NCBI GenBank assembly: GCA_965112155.1
Contig: OZ218111.1
Origin: Podarcis liolepis
Lineage: Eukaryota
DNA length: 64,000 bases
Reading direction: 5' to 3' (one strand)
The position numbers and the translations under genes were made by a program. The notes below the pieces were generated by a model that did no database searches, was not told where the DNA came from, and saw nothing but the letters and a program-made list of their open reading frames with translations. Below, in pieces: positions 59,816 to 64,000 of this stretch (within the stretch, counting starts at the first letter, position 1; each line of letters opens with the position of its first letter).

Positions 59816-62321
59816 GAAAAGCTAGTCAGGGGAGGGAACTACAGGCAGTTAATCCTGGAGAGCCAATTCCAGCTTCTGCCCTCCAAAGAGCTCCCAGGTC
59901 TGCTTCTCTTCCCTCAGGTTGTACAACCTGCCACTGAGGGCAGCCACCAGGCTCTCCAGACAGGCAATAATGTCCCCTCTGTCATGTACAGAGGCAACCT
60001 TGGTAGGGCTCATGTTAGGCCAGTTCTGGTAACAAACATTTCAGAAGTCCATAAATTACTCTCGAAAAGCACTTCACTTTCTCCTTTCTAATCTTCTTCT
60101 CAGAGTGGTTTCAGAGACCTGACAGCTATGTCAGCTGAAATGCCATCAAATCTGCACAAGTACACGTGTGTGCTGCAATTTTATAGGAGCAGCAAAAGGG
60201 GGAAGAGCGCAGAATGTAATAGTGCTGCAGAATTTCACTTCCTAAAAACCTCCGTTAAAAACAGTTAAGTTCCAACCTTTACGGCTGCAAACGTTTGCTA
60301 AGCAATGCCAGTTTGGAAAGAGCACAATATTTCAGTGGTCTGCCTATCCCTTGCTCTTCTCTGTAACTTAGAAGTAGTAGAATAAATTATGCAAAATAAT
60401 TTTAAAAATCACAGGAAAAAAATATGCAAATAGGCTCAATTTGCCTCATTCATACAGGGCATAGCTTTCCTTAGCAGACAATTTGAATAGCCTGGATACA
60501 GAATTATATAGAATAAAGCAGTACCCACAGTTTTTTGGAATCTCTCTGCCACTCAACTTTGGAGGATTTTTTATTGTTATCACTCGCAAGCTGAATTACT
60601 GGCACGTTTTCCTCCATACCTTGATTGAAATTTGGTTCCCACTAGGGAACAAACAGAATGGCTCTGTGGGCAGATCAAACTGTCAGGTTGCCATCCCTGC
60701 TTCAGATCTGAAGCTGTTAGGGTAGGGATTTGTCTGCCTTTAACCTTTTTTCACAGTATAATTTTAAGCAACAATCATTCTATTAAGAAGAAGATTGATT
60801 CCAGGTAGGAACTGGTATCGAAGTATCCATACAGCCATGTTGCTTAGGCACCAGCTTGCAAATTTGTTACAGTGAGCTGCCAGCACCACAGCTGAAAGGC
60901 CAGAGGGAGGGCAGAAGCATTCTTGACATCTTGAGGCAATGTTTCTGAGCTGCTTCCACGCCAGGTGACAGAAGGCCAGCCATGAGACACCTGATCCACC
61001 ACTAAATGTGCCCCTCTGAACACCTCCTCGAGCAGAGAGATTGAAGCAGTGGGTGGGGGAAGGACAATTTCCTTCACTAACCAAGGTGCAGAAACTTTAC
61101 TAATAAGAAAAAGCTGCTGCTCAACTCTTTGGAAAAGTGTGTGTGTGTTTATCCAAGGTAAGCTACTGCTGGTATAAATTTCACAAAGTTAAGCTTAGAC
61201 ATATGTGGGGACTGTTGCATCTGTTTTGTGTTACAAGCTCTTCTTAGTTTGAGACCAAGTCAATTGGCTTCCGCTGTTTGCATTCTGCTCAGCCCCATGT
61301 CAGCCCTCCAAACAACAAAGGCGCTATAAGGAGCCCACAAAACAGTTACATCTGTCCATCTCATCTCCTGTGCACCAGATGGAACAGGATACAGTTCTGT
61401 CCCTCTCTTCGCTCCTAGTGTTATATGCATCCCCCCTTTCTTTCAAGATTACACACACAAAAAAATCAAAAATCTGATGACTGGAAACAAATTCATTCAA
61501 GCAGCAAAGCAGTCCTAACAGAAGAACTGACAAAACATCTTACAGCTTTAATCCTCACTTTTTTCAATTAACAGATGGATGCATCACAGTCATCCGTAAA
61601 CAATAAGAAAAGAAGTAATTTCTTTAATGCACACCTGGGAAATAGATGTGTAATCGAGGTTTGTACATTAAAAGGAATAATACAATTTAATTATTACAGC
61701 TATTTAAAGTCATCCAGAAGAAAAGCTGGAGTTGGGTAGAATAATTTGTTTGAAGTCCTCCCACTGCTTAAATCAGAGTGTTCCAGCTTTTGAGGAGATA
61801 GGGATGTGGCAACCGGCAAGCTGGACTTATCAAAAGCAATACCTTTAAAGCCCTTTTACGTATTTGCCATTCTGTACTTTAGGAGATTAAGTGATCCAAA
61901 TACATTTGCTAGAAAAATGTGAAGTGAATCAATGATTGCAAAAGAAAGAAAAAATAGTATCTGCAGTATTCACAATTCAAGATGACTCATATTCCTGCTT
62001 AGAGTGCAGGAAATCTTTCCTCTTTAAGCAGAAAGGTGAAGGCAATGGAGTGCCAGCAATAACATCGTTCCTGCAAAGGGGGAGCCTGCGCTCAAGGCAT
62101 TTGGCAAACCCAACGAACCACCTTCATCTGTGGTGCAGGCAGGGTCCCAGAATGGCAGAGGCCAGTCTCTATCATTTGGACTAGCATTTGAGCACACCCA
62201 ACCTGTGCACATGCCCAAGCACCATTAAAAGTCACATATTCATAACCTCTATTCTCAAGATGCCTGGAACACTGAACTATATATCAGAGATAGGAACGGA
62301 ATGAGGGCATGCACTAGAATA

Positions 62322-62392
62322 ATGTTCCCCAACCTGGTGCCCTCCAGCTGTTTAGGACTATAACTCCCATCAGCTTCAGCCAGAGGATGGCT
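62322..62392. mobile_element. Partial palindromic MITE-like repeat (ggactacaactcccatca family)
   Basis: ttccccaacctggtgccctccagctgtttaggactataactcccatcagc. Confidence 0.6.
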
Positions 62393-63212
62393 GCACCTGA
62401 GCATGAACACCAGAAGGCAGGAACAACTGTTACAGCTGACCAGCCAAGAGCAAAAAGGCTAATCCACAGGCTTTATGCTGCTGGCCACTTGCAGAGGCTG
62501 ATCTCTCACACTTCTGTTCTCTTTAGTACCTAAAGAGGCACCAAAAAAGCTTACTAGGAAAGCACTCACTTAGCCTGTGAGGTTTCCTATCAAGGTCCTA
62601 GAGACCCTTTAACAGCAGCAAGCCAAGAATTACAATCCACACCCACCCTCTTGCCTTCCTACATGGCCACAGCCCACATGTGGCATTTACCCCTACCCAA
62701 GAGCTTCAAAAGAATCAACCAAGAATCATTGGGTTAATGTTCTATTATTTCTGTATCACTTTCCCCATTATTTTTACAACTCCGAGTTACACTGAAGAAG
62801 CGGACAGGGCCTTCATGGTGGAGCACAGAACTGAACCCAAATCCCCCCAAATTAGATGGATCTCTCATGAACCACACATGCTCCTTCTCTGCACACCCAA
62901 CCCCCCTGTGCACATGGGGCTTCCCATTTGTTATGGGGTACACTCACAGAGCTGCCTCATCTGTCAAAGGGAATGAGTTGACCTTGCAGGCTCAGGAGTT
63001 TGGTATGTGCACTTTAGCTTTCTATATTACTATTCCTCATGTCACATTAAAAACACACACAGTTTCCTTATTTCCATATCTGTTTACTAAGAAAGACTTA
63101 AGACACCTAACAGTAGAAGTAACAGCACCCGAACTAAAAACTACAGACAAAATTGAGCAGCCCACTAAAGGCTATTTGTCTGCAACAGAAGTATCTGCAT
63201 ACATTTACTTAC

Positions 63213-63263
63213 CGCCATATAAGCATTCGTCCCGACATACGTCTTGGCTATGGAATTCACCAG
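63213..63263 (-). CDS. MAP2K5: MAP2K5 51-nt exon (human exon ~15), LVNSIAKTYVGTNAYMA, activation loop with the SxxxT phosphosites
   Basis: Reverse complement ag|CTGGTGAATTCCATAGCCAAGACGTATGTCGGGACGAATGCTTATATGGCG|gtaagt; phase 0-0. Confidence 0.97.
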
Positions 63264-64000
63264 CTATCAGACAAAACAGCCTGTTAGAGCCATATAAAGA
63301 TAATGTGGGAATAAAACGGGCAATTATTCCTCATTTAACCTACAATCATTCCATGTATAAATCAGCTAAAAATTATATAAAGTGTGTATGTGTGTGTGAG
63401 GAAACAAATTTGCCTGTGAAGGCATTAAAAATGATTAAATCTCTCTTTCCTTTTGAACAAGAGCCCTAATTTAAAACAACCACAGTATTTCACTTTATGG
63501 CAGATAACCTTAAAGACAATTCTCTTTTAAACAGGATGCTTAGAGATTTTAGTGCTCCACCAACTAGTTGGATATAAATAGTCAATTGGAAGGAGGGTTT
63601 TATTTTATTTTATTTTCAGCACATCCAGTCAGCCGTCCTCCTCCCCCCACTGTCAGCTGGCTCAAGATGTGAATAAAGCCACCTTCATTATCAGGCTGGA
63701 ATGAACACTAAATATGCTGGAGGGACAACAGACTTTGACAACGTATAATACAGCAGTGACCTTCTCTTTGGTCCTCATGTTTGGCTGGGAGGAAAGGTGG
63801 CTGCAATTCAATTCAACATTGCAGCAAGCTCATGGGTCAGTATCACAGAGGTTCTCAAGGGAAGCCCAAAATGGAAATTAATTAAAATTTGTGCTGCACA
63901 TTGTTGAAGCCCACCACCATTGTTGCTCCCAATATTAATTTTTACTGTGGGCCAGTTGGGCTCCCCAGGCGATCCTCCCGCTCTGCCCTCCCTTTTGTTT

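Larger units (their letters stand above)
1..64000 (-). other. MAP2K5: Gene body (introns and internal exons) of MAP2K5/MEK5; 5' exons and last exon appear to lie outside the window
   Basis: Six minus-strand exons in correct order and phase spell the MEK5 kinase C-lobe. The upstream DVKPSN...DFG exon and the terminal GHPF... exon were not seen. Confidence 0.95.

Noticed and set aside
62867-63469. 200-aa plus-strand ORF
   Set aside because: No recognisable domain; it overlaps the real MAP2K5 exon on the opposite strand and is consistent with a chance ORF
63264-64000. Upstream exon encoding DVKPSN...DFG
   Set aside because: Not present in the remaining 737 nt

Overview
This is vertebrate (squamate, most likely lacertid lizard) genomic DNA lying within the 3' half of MAP2K5 (MEK5) on the minus strand. 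Six short coding exons can be read with canonical AG/GT boundaries. They correspond to human exons ~15,16,17,19,20,21 (numbering from memory) and encode LVNSIAKTYVGTNAYMA / PERISGEQYGIHSDVWSLGISFME / LALGRFPYPQ / [IQKNQGSLM not found] / PLQLLQCIVDE / ESPVLPVGEFSEPFVHFITQC / MRKQPKERPAPEELM. The expected 27-nt exon probably lies in a 649-N assembly gap. More than 99% of the window is intron. It holds squamate repeats (Sauria SINEs with TSDs, a Bov-B 3' fragment nested in a Penelope remnant, tRNA-derived SINEs, CR1/L2 tails, Tc1/mariner- and hAT-type MITEs) and several repeat-free blocks rich in homeodomain, PBX, MEIS and POU motifs. These blocks look like conserved enhancers, plausibly serving the neighbouring neural gene SKOR1 (inferred from synteny). 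None of the supplied ORFs is a host gene. I found no convincing wholly new biological system. The best leads are the candidate PBX/MEIS/HOX enhancer array, a very long AG-exclusion zone before one exon, the gap-hidden micro-exon, an unassigned 145-nt hairpin and a decayed hammerhead-bearing Penelope remnant.
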